From an uncultured Chlamydiae bacterium (GTDB lineage: Bacteria; Chlamydiota; Chlamydiia; Chlamydiales; JAJFMB01): 64,000 bases of DNA. The notes beneath the pieces were generated by a model. That model searched no databases and was not told where the DNA came from. It saw only the letters and a program-made list of their open reading frames with translations. Of this stretch, positions 1 to 10,093 are shown one piece after another. The DNA is taken from the NCBI GenBank assembly GCA_963696295.1, contig CAVOJR010000001.1, positions 1,024,001 through 1,088,000 on the forward strand. The letters are read 5' to 3'. Every line of letters starts with the position of its first letter. Positions within the stretch are counted from its first letter, which is position 1. Position numbers and translations under genes: made by a program.

Positions 1-245
1 AGTCGTACGATTTGCATAGATCACCATTCAAATAAAGCTTAAGAAAGATGGTAATGTAAAGCAAATTTTAATTACAGAAATTTGTAAAAAAAGGGGAAAT
101 AGTCGGGCCTGAAAAAGTAAGGGCTCCGAGGAAAAATTGCACCTCTGTTGATAGCTTCACTCGCGAAAGTTTTTGAAATGAAAAATGCACTTTGGGAGTT
201 CAACCGGTAGGGTTGGAACGTACAAAGTGCATTTTCGGGGGCGAT

Positions 246-409
246 TATACCCAAACAACTTGAAGAGTTGGGAATTGGGCAAGAAGGTTCCTTCAAATTT
301 TTGTCCGGAACGAGTGACCATTGCCGATAGGCAAGGCACGAGTGAGGACGAAAATTTGAAGGTAAAACCGACGAAGCCCAAAACCAACTCTTCAAGTTGT
401 TTGGGTATA
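246..409. mobile_element. 164-bp palindromic MITE-like element, copy 1
   Basis: Terminal inverted repeat TATACCCAAACAACTTGAAGAGTTGG ... CCAACTCTTCAAGTTGTTTGGGTATA, TA at both ends; same ends and length as 13214-13377. Confidence 0.85.
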
Positions 410-424
410 AATAGCCCCCTTATT

Positions 425-2161
425 TTATTCCTGGTTGTTGTTCGTCAATTCTTGCGTGTACATGAAGTGTACAATGTCACGAGCATACAATTTAGCTTTT
501 TCCAATAACGCATTATCCACTTTAGGATCTAAACAATAGATCAGGATAGCCTTTTCTTTTATATCAATGGGCGCGTTTACTTTCCAACCAGTTTGCGGAT
601 GGAAATAGTTTTTCACATCGCCGATCCATAATTTTAATACATTCGGATCATTTATCGAGAGCCATTGCTTATACAATTTTTCCCCAAGAGGCATCAACTC
701 CTTATAAGGGTATGGAATGGAACCCGTTTGCCCATGGAAGTTAAGAAAAGCGGCAAGAGACTTGCCTTGCAAAGGGTCATCCCAGCAACCGATCTTTTCT
801 TTTACCTCTAAAACGGCATTTCGAACCTCTTCTGAAACAAAAACGAAGTTTTCGTCTGATTTGTTAATCCATGTTGACAGCGCATCGATCGATATCGACA
901 CTTTCTCGCCGGGATTGAGCTTTCTGTAGTTCTCATTAAGGTAAGCCTCCATGACGACATTCAACCAGTTCGTTCCTCTTATTTCCCGGACATTTTTAAT
1001 CAGCTGCCTATACTCGATATCCAATCCGGCAAAAGCTTGAGATTCGTTTCTCGTTTTTACTTCATAAGTATATTTTTGATTCATCTCGCAATAAACTTGA
1101 AAAGCTTTCTGTTCATCATAGACAACAGATCTGGAAAGATAGGAAGTCAGATCAAAAATAAAGCTCTTGAATGAATAGGACAAATTAGAAATTTCAGTTT
1201 GCGCCTTAAATTTCAGCTGCAAAAGGGACTCTTCAACCTCGCTGAGCTGCTTTAAAACATCTGTCCTGCCATCCCTGTAGGCCATTTTTGTCAACTTTTC
1301 ATAGAGCTGATATGCGCATAATAAATCTCTAAACTGTTTTTTGTCCGCGGCCTTCATGGCATTGAGAAAGCTTCTAAGCTTATCACTCATGGCCATCATC
1401 TTTTTAGTATCCTCCTTGGGGAAAGAATACCCGGGAAATCTCTCATGGAATAACCTCGAAAACCCTTCACGGAGATCGCTACACCCAAACTGATGGACTA
1501 AGGATTTCAGCTGTGAATGATCTTTTTTAAGTTTTTCCATGTTTTGGCGATGCAATGTGTACGCTACAGGAAGACGGGTTCCTGAAACAGGGATGCAAGG
1601 ACTCGACGGGCTAAAGGAATTTTTGTACTCATGCAACTGAACAGGTGTCGAAGGGGGCAGTCTATGAAGCACAGGCGTGTCGGCAAACTGCGATTGAGTG
1701 TTTGCTTTTGCCGGAGTTCTTGGCAAAGCTGGCTGAACCGGCGGGATTCTGCTTGGCTGTTGCTGAACTTGCTGCAAAGGCTGTCTTGGCGAATCAACCA
1801 TTGTTTGGTGTGCAAGCCGGCGCTGCAGCTGATCGTTACTCAGCGAGACATGGCTAGAGGCCGAAGAACCAGGAGTAGAGGGTTGGAAGTGCGCTCTGTT
1901 AAATTGCTGAACTAAATCGTCAACTTTATTCTGCTCATTGTATTTGGCGTAATTTCGCGGGGGTGGAGGAGGTGGAGTATTCTGCTGTATTGGGAAATTT
2001 GATGTGTATTGCATTTGGGGTTCGACTCTTGTTGGGATTGGAGTGCTTTGATAAGCCTGATTCATCCGTTGCGGAGCCTTTGGAGAGGGAGTTGACTCCC
2101 ACCTGGATTGAGATGTTGATTGATTGCGCGGAGGCGTGGTATAATAATTTTTAACTGACAT
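425..2161 (-). CDS. Hypothetical protein with Pro/Gln/Ser/Thr-rich N-terminus, possible secreted effector
   Basis: 578-aa ORF; about 190 aa of low-complexity sequence including TPPPPPPPR, then a helical region. Confidence 0.75.
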   Translation of the reverse strand: MSVKNYYTTPPRNQSTSQSRWESTPSPKAPQRMNQAYQSTPIPTRVEPQMQYTSNFPIQQNTPPPPPPRNYAKYNEQNKVDDLVQQFNRAHFQPSTPGSSASSHVSLSNDQLQRRLAHQTMVDSPRQPLQQVQQQPSRIPPVQPALPRTPAKANTQSQFADTPVLHRLPPSTPVQLHEYKNSFSPSSPCIPVSGTRLPVAYTLHRQNMEKLKKDHSQLKSLVHQFGCSDLREGFSRLFHERFPGYSFPKEDTKKMMAMSDKLRSFLNAMKAADKKQFRDLLCAYQLYEKLTKMAYRDGRTDVLKQLSEVEESLLQLKFKAQTEISNLSYSFKSFIFDLTSYLSRSVVYDEQKAFQVYCEMNQKYTYEVKTRNESQAFAGLDIEYRQLIKNVREIRGTNWLNVVMEAYLNENYRKLNPGEKVSISIDALSTWINKSDENFVFVSEEVRNAVLEVKEKIGCWDDPLQGKSLAAFLNFHGQTGSIPYPYKELMPLGEKLYKQWLSINDPNVLKLWIGDVKNYFHPQTGWKVNAPIDIKEKAILIYCLDPKVDNALLEKAKLYARDIVHFMYTQELTNNNQE

Positions 2162-2280
2162 GATAATAATCCTTTAGATTTTTTTTTCGAAAAATACTAA
2201 ACTAGGATATTATAAATGCTAATTATAATCAATCCAAATGATTAAGGAATCTTATGCACGGGGCGAACGTCTCTGATGTT

Positions 2281-2883
2281 TCATGGTTGAAAAACCTCAA
2301 TCAGCTTCTCGTAAGGAAGAGAGGACTGATTGTCAGGAAAAATACTGGACTCTTGCCGCCAGGCCTGCCATTGGAGCAAATCTTTAGGGCCTGCCAAGCT
2401 CCTGGCATGCACTTTATTGAAGTTTCTCCAGGCAAGATCTTCCCGATAATAGCAATCGATATACTCAACCCCCTCTTTTTCCATCTTAACGGCAAAAAAG
2501 GGGCGCCCTTTCAACATCCCTTTAGCCATTTTTTGGGTCAAGTGGCTTAAGCGGATATCCTCCAGGCCCTTCGGGGCGATAGTTGGCATAGAGGGGGTTA
2601 TTTTCTCCAGGCCTTCATTAAGCTCCCGGCATAAAACCTCTTGATAAAGACGCTCCACGGATAGGGCCAAGGGGATCATTCCGATCGACAGAGCATAGCA
2701 GGGCAGTACGACGAAAGTCGAGGAAGCGCTGAGAGCAAAACCGGCAGCTGTAAAAGCGATCGCAAAGGTAGCGTAGTACATCACTTTGGCGGCTAAAGGG
2801 TCGTTCTTTGTGATGGAGAGGGCGAATTTGCCAAAGATGTTCCGTTCCGGTTGAGGCAGCTCTAAACTAAAGTCTATACTCAT
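2281..2883 (-). CDS. Hypothetical membrane protein with two adjacent hydrophobic segments
   Basis: 200-aa ORF overlapping the plsX stop; hydrophobic hairpin at about aa 33-75. Confidence 0.7.
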   Translation of the reverse strand: MSIDFSLELPQPERNIFGKFALSITKNDPLAAKVMYYATFAIAFTAAGFALSASSTFVVLPCYALSIGMIPLALSVERLYQEVLCRELNEGLEKITPSMPTIAPKGLEDIRLSHLTQKMAKGMLKGRPFFAVKMEKEGVEYIDCYYREDLAWRNFNKVHARSLAGPKDLLQWQAWRQESSIFPDNQSSLPYEKLIEVFQP

Positions 2884-3854
2884 CGGAGGAGCTCCTGTTT
2901 CATCTTTTCCACAATATCAAAATGCATCAAATGCTGTGCCGCCTTTAAACTGCTCAGCATCCCTTGCGAAGAAGAGGAGCCATGGCACTTTATGATCAGC
3001 CCATCCACCCCGCAAAGCAGGGCTCCGGGATAATGCGCGTGATTGAATTGCTGCCGCCATCTTTCTATTTGACTCCGCATCGAGTCGGTACTCTCCTTTT
3101 CAAGCCGGGTGTAGATATCGTCAAAAATAAAAGAGGACATCCCTTCAGTTGTTTTCAAAAAAACATTGCCTGTGAAACCATCGGTAACCAGCACGTCTAT
3201 GTCGCTTTGAAAAACCTCTTTCGCTTCCACATTGCCGGCAAAGCGGCAGCCGTGCTCAGGGCATTGCCCCAGCAAAAGCTGGTGGGCTTTCCGAATCTCA
3301 AGCGTCCCTTTTTGCCTCTCCGTCCCTATATTCAGCAGGCCTATGCGGGGTACTTCTGTGCTATGCATCACCCTTTGAAAAGCCGCCCCCATCCAGGCAA
3401 ATTGAGCCATTTGTTCCGCTTTGCAGGAGACAAGGCCTCCCACATCGACCACGGCAAGCGAGCCCCCTTTTTTGGGGAGGGAAGCGAGCAGCGGAGGGCG
3501 CTTGATCCCCGGATGCATCGGCAACGTCATCGTGCAGGCAGCGACCAGCGCACCCGTATTGCCCGGGGAAACAAGGGCGTTAATTTTTTTGGAATGGATG
3601 AGATGTACTCCCTCGACCAAACTCGACTGCCGCTTGCGGCGGACAGCCAGCAATGGGTCGTCATCGGTAGCGATCTCTTCTTCAACGATATGCCGTTTGA
3701 TCTTGGGAGAATGGGGAAATGATGCGATTGCCTCGGCTGTGGCAATTACCAGAAGCTCATCGGAAATGGGGAGTTGTTCTGCCATCTGCTCAAGGGCAGA
3801 AAAAAACTCTTGGGGCTTTTTTTCGCTCCCCATTAAATCGACGCCAATACGCAA
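2880..3854 (-). CDS. plsX: Phosphate acyltransferase PlsX
   Basis: RIGVDLMGSE, SPGNTGA, GLLNIGTE, DVLVTDGFTGNVFLK, IKCHGSS motifs; follows rpmF. Confidence 0.97.
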   Translation of the reverse strand: MRIGVDLMGSEKKPQEFFSALEQMAEQLPISDELLVIATAEAIASFPHSPKIKRHIVEEEIATDDDPLLAVRRKRQSSLVEGVHLIHSKKINALVSPGNTGALVAACTMTLPMHPGIKRPPLLASLPKKGGSLAVVDVGGLVSCKAEQMAQFAWMGAAFQRVMHSTEVPRIGLLNIGTERQKGTLEIRKAHQLLLGQCPEHGCRFAGNVEAKEVFQSDIDVLVTDGFTGNVFLKTTEGMSSFIFDDIYTRLEKESTDSMRSQIERWRQQFNHAHYPGALLCGVDGLIIKCHGSSSSQGMLSSLKAAQHLMHFDIVEKMKQELLR

Positions 3855-3866
3855 TGAGCCTTTCCT

Positions 3867-4052
3867 TTAACTTTCTTCCTTCATTTCCACCATAACGCGA
3901 TCTTGATAAAAGCCGCAGCTTGGGCAAAGAACATGGGGAAGCTTCGGTTGGGCGCAATTACGGCATTCCGCAAAGCTTTTAGGTTTTTTTGCATGATGAG
4001 CGCGTCTGGAATTTTTTCTTGCATTCGACGTGCGGTTTCTTGGTACTGCCAT
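3867..4052 (-). CDS. rpmF: 50S ribosomal protein L32
   Basis: MAVPRNRTS...CRNC...HVLCPSCGFY. Confidence 0.98.
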   Translation of the reverse strand: MAVPRNRTSNARKNSRRAHHAKKPKSFAECRNCAQPKLPHVLCPSCGFYQDRVMVEMKEES

Positions 4053-4067
4053 GTGAAATTCACTCCT

Positions 4068-4532
4068 TTATTCTAAGTTGGCAAATGGGTGATATTGATC
4101 ATCCCCTTCACCTTCAGCTTTTAAATATTTTTCTATATCTTTTCTGCGCGGACAATTTCCCTCATCACATTCGGCAAAAGCGGGAACATCCAGTAAAATA
4201 ACTTCGCGCAGCAATTCCTTGAAATTAAAAACACCCGATTTAATTTCCTTCACAGGCTCCACATGATAAAAATCCAGCTCATTAATCTCCACTTTGACGG
4301 GTTCGTTGCATATGGAGCACGGTATTGACGCGTAAGTGGAAACCGACAAGTGCAAAACCAGGTCATCATCGGCAATATAGGCCTCCCCTTTAAGATAAAG
4401 AGGGTCGTTAAATGCCAGGTCATTGTCTTTTACCTGGAGGAAATCAGGATCGATTTTCTCGTCCAGCTCTTCTGTATGTCCATCATACAGCCTATCTACG
4501 TAAATGTGAAAACAGTCAGGTTTTTGCAGCAT
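4068..4532 (-). CDS. YceD/DUF177 family protein (start taken at ATG 4532)
   Basis: CSICNE and LREVILLDVP...C...C motifs; canonical position upstream of rpmF. Confidence 0.85.
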   Translation of the reverse strand: MLQKPDCFHIYVDRLYDGHTEELDEKIDPDFLQVKDNDLAFNDPLYLKGEAYIADDDLVLHLSVSTYASIPCSICNEPVKVEINELDFYHVEPVKEIKSGVFNFKELLREVILLDVPAFAECDEGNCPRRKDIEKYLKAEGEGDDQYHPFANLE

Positions 4533-4660
4533 AATTTTCGGGTAAAACTTCAGGTTTCCATCATACGCTATCGTCCCATTTCTTTCCAGCATCAATTTTC
4601 TCTGGAAAAGATCCGGTGGTTTCATTAAGATTATCTCGACTAGAAGAAAAGGTGGCGAAA

Positions 4661-6199
4661 TTGGAAGAAATTTTATTAAATATCGAATCGAAGGAGATCC
4701 GTTACGCTCATTTGAAAAACGGACAGCTCCACGACCTCATCATCGAACGAAAAAAAGAGCGGCAGCTAACGGGCAATATTTACCGGGGCCAAGTAACAAA
4801 TATCCTGCATAACATCCAATCCGCCTTTATTAATATCGACGAGAAAGAAAACGGCTTCATCCATATTTCGGATATCCTCGAAAACACAAGGAAATTCGAA
4901 CAGTTGTACGACATGGATTTCGACCTCGATTACGACACGTCGGAAGTTAAAGGGGGAAGCCAAATCAACCGCAATATCGAAGAGATCCTGAAACCCGATC
5001 AACCCGTGCTCGTCCAAGTGGTGAAAGAGCCGATCGGATCCAAGGGAGCCAGGCTGACCTCCAACATCTCAATCGCCGGCCGCTATCTCGTGATGCTGCC
5101 CAACTCCGTCCACCGCGGGGTCTCAAGGAAAATCGAAGACAGGGGGGCGAGAGAGCGGCTCAAAAAACTCATACGCTCCTTTGAAATGCCCAAAAACATG
5201 GGCCTCATCTGCCGTACAGCGAGCTGCAACGCGACCACAGACCAGCTGATCGATGAAGCTACCGACCTGCTCGCTTCCTGGGAAAATATTATGGAAGGGT
5301 TCCAAAAATCTCCAAAACCCACCATTCTCTACGAAGAATCGGATATCATCAAACGCGCCCTGATTACAGCTATCGATAAAAAATTTGATCGCATGCTCAT
5401 AGACGATTACCCCACCTTCCAGGCCTGCAAGCGGCTGATGAAACGGTATGAAACCGAGCATAACCTAAGGGTGGAATACTACCGCGATAAAACGCCCATG
5501 TTCGAAAGATTTAATGTGGAAAGGGAAATTGAAAAGACCCTCCGCAGAAAAATATGGCTTAACAGCGGCGGCTACCTCTATTTCGACCGCACGGAAGCGA
5601 TGTACACAGTCGACGTCAACTCCGGCCGCAGCTCCACCACCGAGTCCGACGTGGAAGAATCTCTCGTGCGCATCAATCTCGAAGCCGCCGAAGAGATTGC
5701 CAGGCAGCTCCGCCTGAGAAACGTAGGCGGATTGATCATCTGCGACTTTATCGATATGCGCTCCCGCAAAAACCAGCGCCGCGTGATCGAAAAGCTGAAA
5801 GACTGCATGAAGGAAGACTCAGCCAAATGCACCGTGCTCGGCATCAGCGAGTTCGGCCTGGTAGAAATGACCCGTCAAAGAAACCGCGGCTCCCTCTTCC
5901 ATACGCTCTTTACCGAGTGCCCCTACTGCCATGGCACAGGCATAGTCAAAACTCATGAGAGCATTTCCATTGAAGTCGAACGCTCTTTAAAGAAAATCAT
6001 TAACATTCAACAGCAGTTTGGATTAAAAGTTGTCGTTCATCCGGAGCTTTATAAATACCTCCAGACGATTGACAGGGCTTATTTGCAAAAATTGGCCGAA
6101 TCCTTAAACGCTCAACTGGAATTTGAAAAAGACGACAATTTGCATATCAATGAGTATTACTTTTACTCCACTATCACCAATCAAAAAATTGAGTGCTAA
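4661..6199 (+). CDS. rng: Ribonuclease E/G family (RNase G/CafA); probable TTG start at 4661
   Basis: GNIYRGQV, QVVKEPIGSKGARLT, DVNSG, LRLRNVGGLIICDFIDM, CPYCHGTG. Confidence 0.95.
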   Translation: MEEILLNIESKEIRYAHLKNGQLHDLIIERKKERQLTGNIYRGQVTNILHNIQSAFINIDEKENGFIHISDILENTRKFEQLYDMDFDLDYDTSEVKGGSQINRNIEEILKPDQPVLVQVVKEPIGSKGARLTSNISIAGRYLVMLPNSVHRGVSRKIEDRGARERLKKLIRSFEMPKNMGLICRTASCNATTDQLIDEATDLLASWENIMEGFQKSPKPTILYEESDIIKRALITAIDKKFDRMLIDDYPTFQACKRLMKRYETEHNLRVEYYRDKTPMFERFNVEREIEKTLRRKIWLNSGGYLYFDRTEAMYTVDVNSGRSSTTESDVEESLVRINLEAAEEIARQLRLRNVGGLIICDFIDMRSRKNQRRVIEKLKDCMKEDSAKCTVLGISEFGLVEMTRQRNRGSLFHTLFTECPYCHGTGIVKTHESISIEVERSLKKIINIQQQFGLKVVVHPELYKYLQTIDRAYLQKLAESLNAQLEFEKDDNLHINEYYFYSTITNQKIEC

Positions 6200-7198
6200 A
6201 TGCAATACCTGGCTAAGCTGGAAAAATTTGTTGAAACAGAACAAATTCCCCCGAAGCTGGGTACGGTCTTAAGAAAATTTTACTTTAATTACTGCTCGGC
6301 CTTCCTGGAATCCCATCGCGATTTCTCCAAAGTGGAGCCTCTTCTCGTGGAATTTCTCGATTTGGTGTTGAAACAGCTGAAAAAACCCTATCATTTCCCC
6401 ATTTATCACCATCGGATCACGGAACCCTTTGATTACTTCAGGTTCGGGTTGGATCTTATCCGCCCTCTGGTGGTGTTTGAAAAGTCGAAAGTTCTTGGGT
6501 TAGAGCATGTAGACAGAATCGAAGAGCTGCTGGCCAGACAGGAGAATGTGATACTCCTCGCCAACCATCAGATTGAACCAGACCCTCAAGCCATCAATCT
6601 TCTTCTTGAAAAAAGCCATCCCAAGTTAGCGCAAGAGATCATTTTCATCGCCGGCCATCGCGTCACCACCGACCCCTTGGCCGTCCCCTTCAGCAAGGGC
6701 TTCAATCTGCTCTGCATCTTTTCTAAAAAATATGTAGAAACGCCCCCTGAGCTCAAAAGTGAAAAGGTGATGCATAACCAAAAAACGTTGAAAAAACTGG
6801 GAGCGCTTTTGAACGAAGGGGGTAAATGCATATATGTCGCTCCGAGCGGAGGACGGGACCGGCCAAACAGCCAGGGAGTGGTGGAGGTATCCCCTTTCGA
6901 TCCGCAAAGCGTCGAGTTCTTCCATCTCATAGGACGGAAAGCCGAACGCCCCTGCCATTTTTTCCCCTTGGCCCTGGCGACGTACGATCTGCTGCCTCCT
7001 CCCGACAGCATTGAGATGGAGCTTGGCGAGCTCAGGCATCCCAAATGTACGCCTATCCACATGGCCTTCGGGGCTGAAATCGATATGGACACTTTTCCCG
7101 GAAACGAGCAAACTGACAAAAAGTTATTGAAATCGCTTCGGGCAGAATTTATCTGGAAGCTGGTCTGCGAAAGCTATGGCCAATTGACAAAGGAATAA
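6200..7198 (+). CDS. plsB: Glycerol-3-phosphate acyltransferase, chlamydial/plastid (ATS1-like) type
   Basis: NHQIEPDP (HX4D), AGHRVTTDPLAVPFS, YVAPSGGRDRP. Confidence 0.92.
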   Translation: MQYLAKLEKFVETEQIPPKLGTVLRKFYFNYCSAFLESHRDFSKVEPLLVEFLDLVLKQLKKPYHFPIYHHRITEPFDYFRFGLDLIRPLVVFEKSKVLGLEHVDRIEELLARQENVILLANHQIEPDPQAINLLLEKSHPKLAQEIIFIAGHRVTTDPLAVPFSKGFNLLCIFSKKYVETPPELKSEKVMHNQKTLKKLGALLNEGGKCIYVAPSGGRDRPNSQGVVEVSPFDPQSVEFFHLIGRKAERPCHFFPLALATYDLLPPPDSIEMELGELRHPKCTPIHMAFGAEIDMDTFPGNEQTDKKLLKSLRAEFIWKLVCESYGQLTKE

Positions 7199-7200
7199 AC

Positions 7201-10077
7201 ATGAAGACTCTTTTATCACTCATTCTCATGACGAATTGCCTCTTTGCCGTCACCGAAGTCAAAGATGAGATTCCGGTTCCTATCCTAACGCCAAGTCTTC
7301 AGGAGAGACAGTTTCTCAAATTACGCCTCGATAATGGTCTGGAGGCCTATCTGATCTCCGATCCTGCCGTGGATAAGTCGGGAGCTGCCCTCTCTGTCAA
7401 TGTCGGCAGCTTCAGCGATCCCGACGATTTCCCGGGCCTTGCCCATTTTACCGAGCACATGCTCTTTCTCGGCACAAAAAAATACCCAAAAGAAGCGGAG
7501 TATCAAAGCTTTATCAGCAAACACGGCGGCCAGACCAACGCCTTTACAACTAATGACACGACTAATTACCTTTTCTCGGTCGACAACCGCTATTTTGCCG
7601 ACGCGCTGGACCGCTTCTCCGACTTTTTTAAAGAGCCGCTTTTCCTCCCTTCCGGTGTGGCTCGAGAGCTGCAGGCCGTCGACCAGGAATATGCCAAAAA
7701 CCTGCAAAGCGATTTTTTAAGGCAATACTCCGTGCAAAAGGATTTGGCGAACCCCGCGCATCCCTTCAAACGCTTCTCGATGGGAAATAGCGCGACCCTC
7801 TCCTCCGTCACTCAAGCGGTTCTGCAACAATTTTATCAAGCTCATTACAGCGCGAATCTCATGCGTCTGATCGCCATTTCCCCTCTGCCCTTAGAAGAAC
7901 TTAAAGCGATGGTAATGAAAGATTTTGAAGAGATTGAGAATAAAAACTTAAAGCCGCTGATTCCTTCAGAGCGCGCAACCTCACCGGCCATTGATCAGCA
8001 AATCGTCTTTGTGGAGTCGATCAGAGAGCTTCGCACCCTGGATATCATCTGGGAGCTTCCCCAATCTTTCATGACCTTGAAAAGTTCTAAACCAGACCGC
8101 CTCCTCAGCCACATCTTAGGACATGAAGGGGAAAAAAGCCTGCTGGCCCAATTAAAAAGAGAAGACCTGGCTGAATCTCTCTCCTCCGGCACTTTGCCTT
8201 TAAGCCACAATCAGGGTCTTTTTTACATTGAAATCGAGCTCACAGAAAAAGGGCTGAAGCAGAAAGACACCGTGATCGAAAGAGCCTTTCAGGCGATCGC
8301 CAAACTGAAAACCGCGGAAATACCGCCCTATGTTTTTCAAAATATGCAGGATGTGGAAAAACTGCGCTACCAGTATCAGCCGCGCGAAGAGGTGTTTTCC
8401 TACCTGATGAAGCAAATACACACCATTCAGGGGGAAAAGCTGGAAACCTTTCCCATTCAAACAGCCATTACCCAGGAATTCGACCCCAAAGCCTTTAAAG
8501 ATCTGATCTACACACTCGATCCGCAAAACGCTCACATAGAACTGATTGCTCAAAGCAAAAATCTGCCCCTCCAATTGGACCGCAAAGAGAAATGGACCGA
8601 AACAAAATATGGGGTTCAGCCTTTGCCCAAAGATAAAATGACCGCCTTGGCCACGGCCCTTCCCCATCCGCAAATCGACCTGCCCGAGCCAAACCGCTTC
8701 ATCCCACAGTCGTTAACCCTGTTTGACCCACAGACCCAGACAACCGCGCCCCATCCCCAAAAAGTGGTCGGCTCTGATAAAGCCTCCATTTACTTTGCCG
8801 GAGACCATCAATACCTCGTACCACAAGTGTACTGGCATTTTGAGATCAAAACCCCCAAAATCACCATGGGGGACGCGAGCTCCCTGGTCCTTGGGGATCT
8901 TTACCTCAAAATGCTGAATGACAGCTTGAACCAGATCAGCTACCAGGCGCTTCTCGCCGACCTCAAATTCGCCCTTCAGCGCACATCGAACGGCATCAGC
9001 CTTACCATCACAGGCTATAATGACAAAGCCGGCGTCCTCTTCGATGAAATATTGCAGCATTTGAAGCTCAAATCGATTCCGGATGAGAAGTTTAAAATCT
9101 ATAAAGAATCCCTGTCAAAGCAGTATCAGAATTTTTCCAGGGAAAGCAGCCTGCAGCAGGGCCTTGAAGTCTTAAAAAACGCCCTGAACAAAAATTTCAC
9201 GACGGAAAAAGAAAAGGCCAACGCCTTAAAGCGAATTACGCTGCACAAATTCCACACTTTCCTCGCCAGCCTCTACGATGAGGCGTTTATTGAAGGAATG
9301 CTTTATGGCAATATGACGGAAAGCCAGGCCAAAACCCTCTCACAAAAAATCTTAAGCACAATCAACGCACCCGTCTATCCCCTTGCGCGCCGATTCAAGC
9401 CCCAAGCGCTCAAACTGCCGCCAAACAAAGGCCCTTTTATGATCGAAAAAGAGAGCCAGTCAGGCGGTAACGCACTGATACTTACCCTGGAGGGCAACCC
9501 TTTCTCTTTCAAAGAGCGCGCCGCGCAGCAGATCGGCATGAAAGTCCTCTCACAACCCTTTTTCGCCACCCTGCGCACAAAGCAGCAGACAGGCTATATC
9601 GTCCAAAGCGTCGATAAGGAAATTGAGAAGCAGCTGTTCAATCTCTTCATCATCCAGTCCAACACCCATGACGGAAACGATTTGTTGGCTCGGGCAGAGC
9701 AGTTTATCGAAAGCTACATGCAGGAACTGGAGCATGAGTGCTGCGAACAGGAATTCGAAACGATTAAGAGCGCCCTCTTGAATGAGCTGAAGCAGCCTCC
9801 CAAAAGCCTGAAAGAGATGGGCGAGCTCCTCGCCTCCCTCGCCTTCAAATTCGAAGGGGATTTCGACTGGATACCCAAGCGCATTCAGGGGATGGAAGAG
9901 CTATCCTATCCCGAATTCCTGCAACTCAGCAAACAATTCCTGGGAAGACAGAATAAGAAGCGCCTCGCCATTCTCGTCAAAGGCGCAATCCCCAAAGAGA
10001 ACCAGTTTAAGTTTAATCGGCTGCGCAGTATCACGGAATTGAAGCAGATCAGCCAATATCTGCCCTTTTCCCTCTAA
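7201..10077 (+). CDS. ptr: Insulinase/pitrilysin family (M16A) metalloprotease with signal peptide
   Basis: GLAHFTEHMLFLGT (HXXEH), LRTKQQTGY; follows plsB as in Chlamydia. Confidence 0.93.
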   Translation: MKTLLSLILMTNCLFAVTEVKDEIPVPILTPSLQERQFLKLRLDNGLEAYLISDPAVDKSGAALSVNVGSFSDPDDFPGLAHFTEHMLFLGTKKYPKEAEYQSFISKHGGQTNAFTTNDTTNYLFSVDNRYFADALDRFSDFFKEPLFLPSGVARELQAVDQEYAKNLQSDFLRQYSVQKDLANPAHPFKRFSMGNSATLSSVTQAVLQQFYQAHYSANLMRLIAISPLPLEELKAMVMKDFEEIENKNLKPLIPSERATSPAIDQQIVFVESIRELRTLDIIWELPQSFMTLKSSKPDRLLSHILGHEGEKSLLAQLKREDLAESLSSGTLPLSHNQGLFYIEIELTEKGLKQKDTVIERAFQAIAKLKTAEIPPYVFQNMQDVEKLRYQYQPREEVFSYLMKQIHTIQGEKLETFPIQTAITQEFDPKAFKDLIYTLDPQNAHIELIAQSKNLPLQLDRKEKWTETKYGVQPLPKDKMTALATALPHPQIDLPEPNRFIPQSLTLFDPQTQTTAPHPQKVVGSDKASIYFAGDHQYLVPQVYWHFEIKTPKITMGDASSLVLGDLYLKMLNDSLNQISYQALLADLKFALQRTSNGISLTITGYNDKAGVLFDEILQHLKLKSIPDEKFKIYKESLSKQYQNFSRESSLQQGLEVLKNALNKNFTTEKEKANALKRITLHKFHTFLASLYDEAFIEGMLYGNMTESQAKTLSQKILSTINAPVYPLARRFKPQALKLPPNKGPFMIEKESQSGGNALILTLEGNPFSFKERAAQQIGMKVLSQPFFATLRTKQQTGYIVQSVDKEIEKQLFNLFIIQSNTHDGNDLLARAEQFIESYMQELEHECCEQEFETIKSALLNELKQPPKSLKEMGELLASLAFKFEGDFDWIPKRIQGMEELSYPEFLQLSKQFLGRQNKKRLAILVKGAIPKENQFKFNRLRSITELKQISQYLPFSL

Positions 10078-10093
10078 AAAAAAAGAGAACAAA

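Noticed and set aside
1..17. Start of a minus-strand gene (ATG CAA ATC GTA CGA) at the window edge
   Set aside because: Only five codons are visible, too little to support.
72..508. Short ORFs 72-395, 157-387, 185-508 (and 13175-13384)
   Set aside because: They are read-throughs of the palindromic elements, with no independent sign of being genes.
2964..3870. Long antisense or alternative-frame ORFs (e.g. 2964-3722, 19941-20654, 36146-36700)
   Set aside because: Shadows of well-supported genes in GC-rich coding sequence.
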